From contig SFFC01000003.1 in assembly GCA_004556985.1 (NCBI GenBank), forward strand, positions 1 through 59,106: DNA of 59,106 nucleotides. Direction: 5' to 3'. Of this stretch, positions 44,929 to 55,054 are shown one piece after another. The position numbers and the translations under genes are program-made. Below the pieces are notes generated by a model that saw nothing but the letters and a program-made list of their open reading frames with translations, did not search any database and was not told the DNA's origin. Source of the DNA: Clostridiales bacterium (GTDB taxonomy: Bacteria > Bacillota > Clostridia > Christensenellales > Aristaeellaceae). The stretch's first letter is position 1; every line of letters begins with the position of its first letter.

Positions 44929-45933
44929 ATGGCCGTCACGATCCACGACGTCGCCAGACTGGCCGGCGTCAATTCGTCTACGGTTTCCCGCGTCATCAAC
45001 GGGAAGGCCACAATCAGCCCCGACACCAAGGAGCGCGTCTATGCCGCGATGCGCGCGCTTGACTATCATCCCAATTCCGTCGCGCGCAGCCTGGCCAGCG
45101 GCCTGAGCGGCGCCATCGGCGTCGTCGTCGACGCCCGGGACGCGGAGGCCTTCAGCAACGTCTTTTTCAGCCGCAGCCTCTTCGCCATCGAAAAGGTCGC
45201 GCAGTCGCGCGGCTATCAGGTGATGATCGCCAACGGCGCGCAGGACCATGGCGCGACCGTCGAGCATCTGATGAAGGAGCGCAAGGTCGACGGGCTGATC
45301 CTGCCGCCGACGACCATCCGGCCCTCGCTGATGGAGGCGATCGGCGAGTTCCCCTACGTCGTGCTGGGCACGCCGGATACTCTGCGCAGCGACACCTGCT
45401 GGGTGGACAACAACAACGAGCAGGGCGCGGAAATCGCCGTGCGCCATCTTCAGGAGATGGGCTACGGCGCCATCGCCTACCTCGGCGGCTATCAGAAGCG
45501 GGGCTTTACCAAGCGCCGCGTCCGCGGCTACCAGAAGACCGTCGGCAAGGGACAGGAGACCGTGCTCTCCACGGACGGCACCGTGGAAAACGCCTATGCC
45601 GTCGCGCTGGAGGCGCTCGGGGGCGAAGCGCGCCCCGATGCGTTTGTCTGCAACGACAACCTCGCCGCCTTCGGCCTGCTCAAGGCCTGCAGGGCGCTGC
45701 ACCTGGCCGTGCCGCAGGATGTCGGCATCGTCGCCTTTGACAACTATCCGCTGGCGGAATACACCGATCCGCCGCTGACCATCGTGGACATCGACACCTC
45801 CATGCTCGGCGAGCAGACCGCGCAGCTGCTGTTCCGCCGCATCGACAACCGGACGGGCAACCAGCAGATCATGCTCTCGACGGCGCTCGTGCGCCGGGCT
45901 TCATCGGAAAGGAAGGATCAAACAGGATGCTGA
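44929..45933 (+). CDS. LacI family transcriptional regulator (MalR-like)
   Basis: ORF 44812..45933 trimmed to ATG 44929 (AAAGAGGAGGGG RBS). HTH VTIHDVARLAGVNSSTVSRVINGK. Confidence 0.9.
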   Translation: MAVTIHDVARLAGVNSSTVSRVINGKATISPDTKERVYAAMRALDYHPNSVARSLASGLSGAIGVVVDARDAEAFSNVFFSRSLFAIEKVAQSRGYQVMIANGAQDHGATVEHLMKERKVDGLILPPTTIRPSLMEAIGEFPYVVLGTPDTLRSDTCWVDNNNEQGAEIAVRHLQEMGYGAIAYLGGYQKRGFTKRRVRGYQKTVGKGQETVLSTDGTVENAYAVALEALGGEARPDAFVCNDNLAAFGLLKACRALHLAVPQDVGIVAFDNYPLAEYTDPPLTIVDIDTSMLGEQTAQLLFRRIDNRTGNQQIMLSTALVRRASSERKDQTGC

Positions 45934-47636
45934 CCTCTGCGATTCGGCACCTTTCTTTTTACCCGTTTATGCAAGCGCTTGCACGAAACCGCGTCTGCTT
46001 CCTGCTGGAGGCGGCGCCGGGCGACCTGGCCGCCTGCGAGTGGGTCGGCTGGAAGCGCAGCGAGCCGGGCCGGCAGATCCGCCGGCGGATGTCGCCGCGC
46101 CCTGACGACGGGAGGACGGAGCAATGGACCGCCGAGGTGGAGTTCCCGGAGGAGGCGCATTACATCCGGTACGGCTTCTGGCTCGAGGATGCGTCGGGGC
46201 GAAGGGCGTGGCTCAATGCCCGCGGCGCGCAGGCGGACTTCACCGGGACGGGAAACTTCGAAATGCTGCAGATCAACGGGACGGACGTGATCGCCGTGCC
46301 CGGTTGGGCGCAGGGCTGCGTCTACTACCAGATATTCCCGGAGCGGTTTGCCCGGCATGGGCAGGGCGGCGCGTTTGCGCCCTGGGACGCGGCGCCGACG
46401 CGGGAAAACTTTCTGGGCGGCAGCCTGCGCGGCATCATCAACCGCCTGCCCTACCTGACGGAGCTGGGCGTCGAATGCCTGTATCTCAATCCCATCTTCC
46501 GCGGGGATTTCAACCACAAATACGCGACGACGGATTACTTTGACGTCGATCCCGCGCTGGGGACGAAGGGGGACCTTTGCGAGCTCGTGCGGCTGTGCCA
46601 TGCGGCGGGCATCCGCGTGATCCTGGACGGCGTGTTCAACCACACGGGCATCCACTTCGCACCGTTTGAGGATCTCGTGAAAAACGGGCCCGGGAGCCGC
46701 TATGCCGGATGGTTTTATCCCAAGCGCTATCCGCTTGAGATCGATCCGGCCTGCTATGAGTGCGTCGGGGACTATCCCTACATGCCCCGGCTCAACGGCG
46801 CGAATCCCGAGGTTCGCTGCTTCGTGCGCGACGTGCTGCTCTACTGGCTGCGCGAGGCGGGCATCGACGGCTGGCGGCTGGATGTCGCCGACGAGCTGGA
46901 CCGCCACGCCGTCGCATGGTGGCGCGAGGAGGTCAAGCGGGCGCATCCCGACGCCCTGCTGCTGGCCGAGACCTGGGGGGATGCGACGCGTCTGCTCGGG
47001 GCGGACGGCTTTGACACGGCGATGAACTATCTCTTCCGCGACGCGATGGTCGATTATTTCGCCCGCGGCGCCATCGGAGAGACGGAGCTGCAGCAACGCC
47101 TGCACGGCATGCTGATGAAATATCCGGACTGCGTGAATCTGGCGATGTACAACTGCCTGGGCAGCCACGACACGGCCCGCTTCCTGACCGAGGCCGGCGG
47201 CGAGGTCTGGCGGCTCAGGCTGGCGATGGCCTTTCAGATGCTCTTTCCCGGCGCGCCGGCGATCTACTACGGCGACGAGATCGGCATGAGGGGCGGCAAC
47301 GACCCCGGCTGCCGCGGCGGCATGGCCTGGGACAGGCAGGACGCAGAGCTGCTCGCCTGGCAGAGATCGCTCATCGCGCTGCGAAGGGCGCACGCCGCCC
47401 TGCGCACGGGCCGGTATATTCCGCTGACCCCGGACGAGGAGGCCAAGCTCTTCGCCTTCGCTCGGGAGGATGCGGCGGAGCGGATTACGGCGGTCTTCAA
47501 CACCGGAGATCGGACACAAACCTGGGATTCTGCGGGAGAATTCGTGCACGTTCTGCCGCATTCCGTCAATATACTCATACGACCTGTTCAGAAGGAGGAA
47601 AAACCATGCGTCCTTACAGAAAGCTCATTGCCGTGA
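45927..47636 (+). CDS. GH13 alpha-glucosidase/neopullulanase-type enzyme (intracellular)
   Basis: GH13 conserved regions DGVFNHTG, GWRLDVADEL, LLAETWGD and LGSHDTARF. N-terminal domain IRHLSFYPF... The start overlaps the lacI stop by 7 nt. Confidence 0.85.
   Translation: MLTSAIRHLSFYPFMQALARNRVCFLLEAAPGDLAACEWVGWKRSEPGRQIRRRMSPRPDDGRTEQWTAEVEFPEEAHYIRYGFWLEDASGRRAWLNARGAQADFTGTGNFEMLQINGTDVIAVPGWAQGCVYYQIFPERFARHGQGGAFAPWDAAPTRENFLGGSLRGIINRLPYLTELGVECLYLNPIFRGDFNHKYATTDYFDVDPALGTKGDLCELVRLCHAAGIRVILDGVFNHTGIHFAPFEDLVKNGPGSRYAGWFYPKRYPLEIDPACYECVGDYPYMPRLNGANPEVRCFVRDVLLYWLREAGIDGWRLDVADELDRHAVAWWREEVKRAHPDALLLAETWGDATRLLGADGFDTAMNYLFRDAMVDYFARGAIGETELQQRLHGMLMKYPDCVNLAMYNCLGSHDTARFLTEAGGEVWRLRLAMAFQMLFPGAPAIYYGDEIGMRGGNDPGCRGGMAWDRQDAELLAWQRSLIALRRAHAALRTGRYIPLTPDEEAKLFAFAREDAAERITAVFNTGDRTQTWDSAGEFVHVLPHSVNILIRPVQKEEKPCVLTESSLP
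45970..45983. promoter_or_regulatory. LacI/MalR-type operator O2 (perfect palindrome) inside the first codons of the GH13 gene
   Basis: TGCAAGCGCTTGCA, a perfect 14-bp palindrome that differs from O1 at one position. It starts 43 nt downstream of ATG 45927. Confidence 0.6.
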
Positions 47637-48844
47637 TGATCGCCTGCCTGCTGATGATGACCTGCGCCCCGGCCCTGGCCGAGCCGGTCACGATCAACTT
47701 CTGGCACCATTACAGCGCGCAGTCGGCCGAAAACGAAACGCTGATGAACGTGCTGATTCCCGCGTTTGAGGCGGAGAATCCCGATATCCGCGTGAATGCC
47801 GTCTCCCATGAGTGGGCGGAGCTGCACGACAAGGTGCTCGTCAGCGCCAATTCGAACGCGCTGCCCGACGTGGCCCGCTGCGACATCGCCTGGCTGCCCG
47901 AGTTTCAGAAGATGGGCATCCTCGTCGCGCTGGACGAGGAGATGCCGGACTTCGCCAGCGTCAGCGGAGCGCTGCTGGAGAGCGCCATGTCTACCGCCGT
48001 CATTGACGGGCACGACTACGCGCTGGCGCTGAACACGAACAGCAAGATCGTCTTCTGCAACACCGCCATGCTCGAGGCCGCCGGCGTCGGCGTGCCGACG
48101 ACGATAGAGGAATGGGCGCAGGCGCTGCGCTCGCTCAGCGGCGAAAACGAAAACGGCCAGCAGATTTGGGGCTGGAACGAGCCCGCGCTGGCCGGCTGGA
48201 ACATCTGCCCCTTTATCTGGAGCTTTGGCGGCAGCTTGACCGACGCGCAGCAGACCGTCGCCAGCGGCTACCTTAACGGCCCGCAGACCGTGAAGGCGGT
48301 GGAGACCTTCGCCGCGATGGTCCAGGAGGGCTGCATCACGGGCTTCAACGCCGGCGATATCCCGATGACTGACGGCTTTGGCACCGGGCGCTACGCGATG
48401 ATGCTGGAAGGCCCGTGGAAGTCCGCGGAGCTGGCCGGCGCCTATCCGGACGTCGCCTATACCACGGCGCCAATCCCGGCCGGCGAGGGCGGCAGCATCT
48501 CCGTGCTCGGCGGCGAGGATATCGCGATGTTCAGCACGGCCAACCGCGAGGCGGCCTGGAAGTTCATGCAGTTCATGACCGGAGAATTCGCGCAGACCGA
48601 GATGGCCAAATGCGGCCAGATCCCGGTCAACAGGGCGGCGCTGGCAAGCGACGTCGTCAAGAACGCGGACTACGCCCCCTTTATCGAGGCGATTCAGACC
48701 GCGAAGGCCCGCCCGACCGTGGCGGCCTGGAGCGAGATGGACAACGACCTGAGCGTCGCCATGACCGCCATCGTGACGGGCGAGAAGACGGCGCAGGAGG
48801 CGCTTGACGAGCTGGCCGTCCGCTGGGACGCGCTGCTCAGGTAA
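47606..48844 (+). CDS. ABC transporter substrate-binding protein (CUT1 family)
   Basis: AAGGAGG RBS. Signal peptide MRPYRKLIAVMIACLLMMTCAPALA. Family-1 solute-binding protein body. Confidence 0.85.
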   Translation: MRPYRKLIAVMIACLLMMTCAPALAEPVTINFWHHYSAQSAENETLMNVLIPAFEAENPDIRVNAVSHEWAELHDKVLVSANSNALPDVARCDIAWLPEFQKMGILVALDEEMPDFASVSGALLESAMSTAVIDGHDYALALNTNSKIVFCNTAMLEAAGVGVPTTIEEWAQALRSLSGENENGQQIWGWNEPALAGWNICPFIWSFGGSLTDAQQTVASGYLNGPQTVKAVETFAAMVQEGCITGFNAGDIPMTDGFGTGRYAMMLEGPWKSAELAGAYPDVAYTTAPIPAGEGGSISVLGGEDIAMFSTANREAAWKFMQFMTGEFAQTEMAKCGQIPVNRAALASDVVKNADYAPFIEAIQTAKARPTVAAWSEMDNDLSVAMTAIVTGEKTAQEALDELAVRWDALLR

Positions 48845-48904
48845 ACGGAACCGGGCGGCGGGGCAGAGGACTGTCCCCGCCGCCTGCTCTCTGAGGTGAG
48901 AATT

Positions 48905-49789
48905 ATGAGGCTCAAATCCCGTGCCCACAGGGCGCAGCTCGCCGCCCTGCTGCTGCCGGGCCTGCTGATCTTTGCGATGTTCACGGTCTACCCGATCGTT
49001 CGCCTGTTCATCATGAGCCTGTGCGATATGAGCTTTTCGTCCATGCTCACCCAGCCCTTCGCGGGGCTGATGAACTACCGGGAGGTCTTTTCGGACAGCA
49101 CCTTTTGGACGGTGTTTGTCAACAGCGTGGTCTATACCCTCGTCACGGTGCCGGGGCAGATGGCGCTCGGGCTGCTCGTCGCCATCCTGCTTGACGGCAT
49201 CGGGCGCCTGAGCGTCACCTTCCGCGTCATCAACTATCTGCCGGTCGTGACCTCCTGGGTGATCGCGTCGCTGGTCTTCCGCTACATCTTCAACACGGAG
49301 GGGCTGCTCAACTACTTCCTGTGCAGGGTGCTGGGCGTGACGGCCTCCAACATCCGCTGGCTGGATACGCGCTGGAGCGGCCTGACCGTGGCGATGCTGC
49401 TGGGCATCTGGAAGGGCGTCGGCTGGAACATGGTGATTTTTCTGGCGGCGCTGCAGCAGGTGCCCCGGGACCTCTACGAGGCGGCGCAGATCGACGGCTG
49501 CGGCGCGTTTCGCAGGTTCCGCTATGTCACGCTGCCGGGCATTCGGGGCACGATCCTCTTCGTGCTCATCGAGCTGACGATCGGCGGCTTCAACGTGTTC
49601 ACCTCCATCAAGATGATCACGGGCGGCAAGCCGGCCCATCAGACGGATACCCTGCTGACGTGGATGTACTACAAGGCATTCAGCACCGGCAAATTCGGCT
49701 ATGCAGCGGCGCTGAGCTTCGTGATGGCGCTGACGCTGGGCCTGCTGGCCATCGTGCAGTTCCGCATGATGCGCAGCCGGGACGCGTGA
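48905..49789 (+). CDS. Sugar ABC transporter permease
   Basis: The track ORF begins at GTG 48896. ATG 48905 is preferred (GAGGTGA RBS). EAA loop YEAAQIDGCGAFRRFRYVTLP. Confidence 0.85.
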   Translation: MRLKSRAHRAQLAALLLPGLLIFAMFTVYPIVRLFIMSLCDMSFSSMLTQPFAGLMNYREVFSDSTFWTVFVNSVVYTLVTVPGQMALGLLVAILLDGIGRLSVTFRVINYLPVVTSWVIASLVFRYIFNTEGLLNYFLCRVLGVTASNIRWLDTRWSGLTVAMLLGIWKGVGWNMVIFLAALQQVPRDLYEAAQIDGCGAFRRFRYVTLPGIRGTILFVLIELTIGGFNVFTSIKMITGGKPAHQTDTLLTWMYYKAFSTGKFGYAAALSFVMALTLGLLAIVQFRMMRSRDA

Positions 49790-49803
49790 AGGGAGGGAGC
49801 GCC

Positions 49804-50655
49804 ATGAAGAGCAGAAGCCCCGCCAGAATCGCAGGCACAGCCCTGCGCTATCTCCTGCTGGCCGTCGGCACCGTGGTCTCCACGCTGCCGATGATCTACA
49901 TGATTTCCACCTCTCTGCGGCCAAACGGCGCGCTGTATGAATACCCGCCGCGCTTCTTCCCCCGCTGGGAGGCGCTGACGCTTCAAAACTACGGCTACAT
50001 CCTGCACCAGAGCAAGTTTTACCTGAATTTCCTCAACTCGGTGGTGGTCTCCGTGTCGACCATCCTGATCGCGGCGGCGGTCGCCTCGGCGATGGCGTTC
50101 GTCCTGGGCAAATTCAAATCCCGCGCGACCAACGCGCTCTTCGCCTTCATTATCATCACGATGATCATCCCCGGGACGACGATGATCGTGCCGCAGTTTG
50201 AGCTGGCGACAAAGCTGGGTCTGGTCAACCGGCTCTGGGGGCTGATCCCCTTCTATGTGGCTTGGGTGATCCCGTTTTCGACCTTCATGATCAAGGGGTT
50301 TATGGAGAACATCCCGGGGGAGATCATGGACGCCGCCTGGATGGACGGCGCGAGCGTCTTCGGCGTCTACGGCAGCATCGCGCTGCCGCTGGCCTCGCCC
50401 GCCATCGCCTCGGTCAGCATCTTCAACTTTCTGACCGCCTGGGAGGAATATCCCTGGGCGAACACGGTCATCAACGACAACAGCAAGCGCACGCTGCCCA
50501 TCGCCATCGCGGGCTTTTTTGGCCAGCACCAGTTCACGCAATGGGGCTACGTCTTCGCGATGTCCGTGCTGACGCTGATCCCGGTCGTGCTGATCTTCAT
50601 CTTCTGCCAGAAATTCTTCGTGCAGGGGCTGACGGCCGGAAGCGTCAAGGGATGA
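49804..50655 (+). CDS. Sugar ABC transporter permease
   Basis: ORF 49321..50655 trimmed to ATG 49804 (GGGAGGGAG RBS). EAA loop MDAAWMDGASVFGVYGSIALP. Confidence 0.85.
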   Translation: MKSRSPARIAGTALRYLLLAVGTVVSTLPMIYMISTSLRPNGALYEYPPRFFPRWEALTLQNYGYILHQSKFYLNFLNSVVVSVSTILIAAAVASAMAFVLGKFKSRATNALFAFIIITMIIPGTTMIVPQFELATKLGLVNRLWGLIPFYVAWVIPFSTFMIKGFMENIPGEIMDAAWMDGASVFGVYGSIALPLASPAIASVSIFNFLTAWEEYPWANTVINDNSKRTLPIAIAGFFGQHQFTQWGYVFAMSVLTLIPVVLIFIFCQKFFVQGLTAGSVKG

Positions 50656-50715
50656 GGGCCGGAGCCCGAAGAGGGCGAACGGTCACAGCGGCGCGATTGC
50701 GCGAAACCATACAAG

Positions 50716-50760
50716 AGCCAGGAGCATCTTCCGCTTTGGGAGGATGCTCCTGGCTGATTT
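50716..50760. terminator. Bidirectional terminator between convergent genes
   Basis: 13-bp perfect stem AGCCAGGAGCATC / GATGCTCCTGGCT followed by GATTT. Confidence 0.6.
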
Positions 50761-50786
50761 AGACGATCTGCGCGCGTTCAGGCATC

Positions 50787-53057
50787 TCATTCCGCGTCCC
50801 TGACGCGGGGCTTCAGAATCCCCCGGAGGGTATCCTCCAGCACCGCCATGTTGACCGGCTTGGCCACATGTGCGTCCATGCCCGCCTTGAGGGAGGCCTG
50901 GATATCCTCGGTGAAGGCGTTGGCCGTCATCGCGACGATTGGAATGGTGCTTGCCTGCGGATGGCCGCTGCGGCGGATCGCGCCGGTCGCCTCGTAGCCG
51001 TTCATCACCGGCATCTGCACATCCATCAGGATCAGGTCGTAGGTGCCCGGCTTGGAGCGCTCGAAGGCCTTGACGGCCTCCCGGCCGTTTTCGCACAGAT
51101 CCGGGTATGCGCCGGACTTTTCAAGGAGCGCGGAGAGAATTTCGGCATTGAGCTTGTTGTCCTCCACGATGAGGATGTGCCGGCCGCTCAGAACGCTGGC
51201 CTGACCGCCGCCATCGGGCTCTGCCTGATCCCTTCTGATGATCGCCGCGGCATCCGGCGTCTGGCAGATCTGGAACGGGATATCGACGATGAAGGTGGAG
51301 CCGACGCTCTTCTTGCTCTCCACGCGGATCGTGCCGCCCATCAGGTCGACGAGGTTTTTCGTGATCGCCATGCCCAGGCCCGTGCCCTGAATCTTGCTGG
51401 TGCGGCTGTCTTCCTCGCGGCTGAAGGAGTCGAAGATGTGCTCCCGGAAGCCGTCGCTCATGCCATAGCCGTTGTCGGAGACGACGATCGTGTAGCGCGC
51501 CATGTTGCCGGAGGCGGAGCGCTCCGAGATGCGGAAGCGGATGTAGCCGTTGGCGGGCGTGTACTTGACCGCATTGGAGAGGAGGTTCATGCAGATCTGG
51601 TTCAGGCGCACCTTGTCCACCACGATGGCGTCGTGCGTCACATTGCGCGCGTCGATGACGAAGGTATGCCCCTTGGCGAGCATCTGGGGCCGGATGATGG
51701 TGTCGATCTCGTCCACGATGCAGGCGATCGATTCTGCCGAGAGGTTCAGCGTCGTCTTGCCGCTCTCGATACGGCTCATGTCCAGCACGTCATTGATCAG
51801 GCCGAGCAGATGCTGGCTGGAGGCCTGGATCTTCTGCGTGTATTCCCGGACCTTCTGAGGGTCGCCCAGGTCCTGGCTCAGCAGGGAGGAGAAGCCGACG
51901 ATGGCGTTCATCGGCGTGCGGATGTCGTGGGACATGTTGCTCAGGAACGTGCTCTTGGCGCTGTTGGCCGCCTCCGCGATCTTGAAGGCCTCCTCCGCGG
52001 CCTGCCTGGAGGCCTCCGCCTCCTGGCGGGAGACCTCGAGCTTGGCGTTGGTCTCCTGCTCCTGCTGGTAGAGCTGGCCCTGCTGCATCATCTTCATGAT
52101 GATGACGAGGATCATGATGAAGACCGCGGCGAGCACGAAGCCGGCGTAAACCAGCGTGTCGATCACGGTGTCGACCAGAATCTGCGTGTTGGTCGCGACG
52201 AACTGCGCGGGGATGACGAGCAGGAGCACCCAGTCGGTGTCGACCATGCGGTGGAGACAGAGGTAATACTCCGTCTCGCCCAGGGAGGCGTTGGCCATTG
52301 CGTTGCCCGTCATCTCCAGCGCGTGCATGCAGCGCGCGTAGCTGTTCCCGTGGGAATATGCCATGTCCGCGAGGATGCTGTAGATGTTTCTGCCGACGAA
52401 GACACGGTTGGCGGCCTCGGAATCCGTCGAGTACAGCTTCGTTCCGGTGCTGTTCATGACGTACATGGTGCTCTGCCCGCTGAATGCATCCGTGTGATAG
52501 CACTCAATCAGCATGGACAGGTCTTTGAGGTAGCCGCAGAACTGGATCGTGGCATCGTCCAGCTCGAGGGGCGTCTCCAGCCGGTTGATGAACAGGATGT
52601 CCGTGGAGTTGGTGCCGAAGATGTTGGTGACGCTGCTGACGCGATCCTGGCAGTCCACGAGCTCCTCAATGTTGTAGATCACGCCCTTCTTGCCGGAGGC
52701 GGAGTAGTAGCGTCCGCTGCTGTCCACGACGATGGGCATGAGCTTGTTCGTTCCGGCCTCGAAGATCTCCTCGAGCATCTGCAGGTGTCCGACCAGCTCG
52801 GCGATCGTCCGGTCGCGCTCGCAGATCACCCAGTTTGTGATGAACTGGGCCGTGTCCCACTCGTGCCGCATGAGCATGTCGATGCTGGAATACAGCTCCT
52901 GGGTGACCTCGGTCATCTGGTTCAGCCGTTCCTGATAGATCAGCTCGGCGAGATATTCGTTGTAGGTGTTGAAGGCAAGCGTCGCTCCGACCCCGATGAC
53001 GATCATGATCACCACGGGAATCAGGATGCGGGTTTTCTGAGCATTTGTCTTTTTCAC
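50787..53057 (-). CDS. Hybrid sensor histidine kinase/response regulator with an extracytoplasmic (Cache-like) sensor domain
   Basis: GTG start with GGAG 6 nt upstream. Two TM segments flank ~270 extracytoplasmic aa. H-box SHDIRTPMNAI. HATPase N/G boxes (NAVKYT, DNGYGM, GTGLGM). C-terminal REC domain (ILIVEDN..LILMDVQMPVMNGYE..AMTANAF). Confidence 0.9.
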   Translation of the reverse strand: MKKTNAQKTRILIPVVIMIVIGVGATLAFNTYNEYLAELIYQERLNQMTEVTQELYSSIDMLMRHEWDTAQFITNWVICERDRTIAELVGHLQMLEEIFEAGTNKLMPIVVDSSGRYYSASGKKGVIYNIEELVDCQDRVSSVTNIFGTNSTDILFINRLETPLELDDATIQFCGYLKDLSMLIECYHTDAFSGQSTMYVMNSTGTKLYSTDSEAANRVFVGRNIYSILADMAYSHGNSYARCMHALEMTGNAMANASLGETEYYLCLHRMVDTDWVLLLVIPAQFVATNTQILVDTVIDTLVYAGFVLAAVFIMILVIIMKMMQQGQLYQQEQETNAKLEVSRQEAEASRQAAEEAFKIAEAANSAKSTFLSNMSHDIRTPMNAIVGFSSLLSQDLGDPQKVREYTQKIQASSQHLLGLINDVLDMSRIESGKTTLNLSAESIACIVDEIDTIIRPQMLAKGHTFVIDARNVTHDAIVVDKVRLNQICMNLLSNAVKYTPANGYIRFRISERSASGNMARYTIVVSDNGYGMSDGFREHIFDSFSREEDSRTSKIQGTGLGMAITKNLVDLMGGTIRVESKKSVGSTFIVDIPFQICQTPDAAAIIRRDQAEPDGGGQASVLSGRHILIVEDNKLNAEILSALLEKSGAYPDLCENGREAVKAFERSKPGTYDLILMDVQMPVMNGYEATGAIRRSGHPQASTIPIVAMTANAFTEDIQASLKAGMDAHVAKPVNMAVLEDTLRGILKPRVRDAE

Positions 53058-53087
53058 GTTTTTCTCCGCCGGCCGCAGCGCGCCGGA

Positions 53088-54884
53088 TCAGGGTTCCCAG
53101 AGGATATTGGAGGGCCGGAGGGCGTCGACCCCCTCAAGGTATTCCTCCATCGCAGTCAGCCCGACGATGCCGCTGTCGGTCATGGTGCTCTCTGCGGCGA
53201 CCTCCTCCGTGATGCCTGCGAAGCAGACCGTGTAGACCTGGTCGTCGGAAAGCGCAAAGCCCTCGGGCGCGACGAGCACGTAGGGGTAGGTGTTTCCGTC
53301 GCCGTTCATGTCAAAGCCAGTCTCAAGCAGCTCGCGGATCCGCGCGCCGGTGAAGGGATAGGTCTTTATCGTGCCGTACCAGCCCGTGGGCAGCCAGCAG
53401 ACGATGTCCATCTCGGTCATCTCCAGCGGCATCATCGCGCCGCCGATGCCGTACATATTCTCCTCGTCCGCGCGCACGCCGGCCTTCCATTCGTTCAGGG
53501 AGATCAGCGCGAGATCCGCGCCCGCGCTTTCGCAGAAGACCATGCCGGTCAGCCGGGCGAGATCCTCCGCGGAGAGCGGCTCCTCGATCGAGGCGTAGAT
53601 GTGAGGGCCTGAGACGAGGCTCTCCGCCTGGAGCGCGTCCATCGTCGTCATGACGTCCATGGCGGTGCAGTCGCCGCGCAGATAATCGAGAAACCGGTTG
53701 CCCACGCCCACCATGAGATCCTCCCAGCCCGGGTAGATCAGCGGCGCGACATGCCCCTCGGCGATGAAGTCCTTGTATGCATAGAAGGGGCTCGAGGCCG
53801 GCATCTCCCAGCCCTTGAGGGAGCAGACGCGGGCCGTGGCCGTCTCGTAGCGCTCCATGATCCGCATCATGCCCTCCTGCGTGGAGAGCAGCTCCATGAC
53901 CTTGAGCGCGTCGGCGAGCTTCTGCTCGTTGCCGGGCGCCTCCAGCTTCTTGCTCAGGCCATAGGCGCGCACGGTGGCGGTGATGAACATGTTCTGTGTG
54001 CCATCCTCGGAGAGGTAGGGGAGCGGCTTGAGGACGTCGCCCGTGCCGTCGTCCGCCGTGTTCCAGAAGCCCATGCTGCCGATGAAGAAGGCGGTATTGC
54101 CTTCCCGGAAGTGGAGGCGGATCGTGTCATCCATCGACTCGCACTGCAGCATGCCCAGGTCGACCCATTTCTGGATGTAGTCAAACGTGCCGGCAAGGCC
54201 GTCGACAGCCGTAGCCTTCCCCTCGAGGAAGTCGCGCTGCCAGCGGATGCCCTCCAGCGAGCGGAAGAACGCCGTATCGCCGATGTTGCACATGTATTGG
54301 AAGCCGTATTCCGGCAGGTTGGCCGCGCAATCGGAGAGGTCGTAGCCGGCCGCCTGGATGACGGGCGCCAGCGCCTGCAGTTCCGCAAAGGAGGTGGGTA
54401 CCTTCCAGCCCTCCCGCTCAAACAGCGAGGCGTTGTAGACCATGCCGATGACGTCGTAATCCGCCGGCAGCAGGTAAACCTTGCCGTCCAGCTCGTATTG
54501 GGCGATGCGCGCCTCGTTGTAGTTGGCGGTAAAGCCGTACTTGGACAGGTCGATCAGGTTTTCTTCGTACTTGTCATAGCAGGTGAACATCTGCGTCGTG
54601 CCGTAGATGTCGGGCATGTAGCCGGTGAGAAGCTGATCGTACATGTACTGCGTCGTGTTGCCGCCCCGGTAGGGGATGACCTCGATGTTGATCTCCGGAT
54701 AGATGGATTCGACGTATTCGATGAATTCGGAATACTCCCTGCCGCCGGACATGATCGTGATGGGCTCGTGCTCCGCGTGCTGCGCAGACGCCGGGACGCC
54801 GTCTGACCCGATGGTCCCGCAGGCGGTCAGGCTCAAGACCAAAAGCAGGGCGGAGATCCAGGCAAGCCGTTTGATTCTCTTCAT
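53088..54884 (-). CDS. Lipoprotein with a solute-binding-protein-like domain plus a C-terminal extension, co-operonic with the hybrid kinase
   Basis: ORF 53088..55181 trimmed to ATG 54884 (AAAGGAGAG RBS). Lipobox LSLTAC. SBP-like body. The last ~170 aa (..GIGGAMMP..YPFTGARIRELLETG..) loosely resemble a 5'-nucleotidase C-terminal domain (weak). Confidence 0.8.
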   Translation of the reverse strand: MKRIKRLAWISALLLVLSLTACGTIGSDGVPASAQHAEHEPITIMSGGREYSEFIEYVESIYPEINIEVIPYRGGNTTQYMYDQLLTGYMPDIYGTTQMFTCYDKYEENLIDLSKYGFTANYNEARIAQYELDGKVYLLPADYDVIGMVYNASLFEREGWKVPTSFAELQALAPVIQAAGYDLSDCAANLPEYGFQYMCNIGDTAFFRSLEGIRWQRDFLEGKATAVDGLAGTFDYIQKWVDLGMLQCESMDDTIRLHFREGNTAFFIGSMGFWNTADDGTGDVLKPLPYLSEDGTQNMFITATVRAYGLSKKLEAPGNEQKLADALKVMELLSTQEGMMRIMERYETATARVCSLKGWEMPASSPFYAYKDFIAEGHVAPLIYPGWEDLMVGVGNRFLDYLRGDCTAMDVMTTMDALQAESLVSGPHIYASIEEPLSAEDLARLTGMVFCESAGADLALISLNEWKAGVRADEENMYGIGGAMMPLEMTEMDIVCWLPTGWYGTIKTYPFTGARIRELLETGFDMNGDGNTYPYVLVAPEGFALSDDQVYTVCFAGITEEVAAESTMTDSGIVGLTAMEEYLEGVDALRPSNILWEP

Positions 54885-55054
54885 GCTTCTCTCCTTTTCT
54901 GTTGTTGGATACGGAAACAGATCAAAATGGATAGTAGTATCTGAAGAGTATATTATGCGCGCCGGGGAGAAATATGCCAATGGCTTCGGCTTTTTCGTGC
55001 AGGGCCCATGGAGCGCAAAAAATGAGGACGAAAAACGCGATGTCTGCCTGGAAA

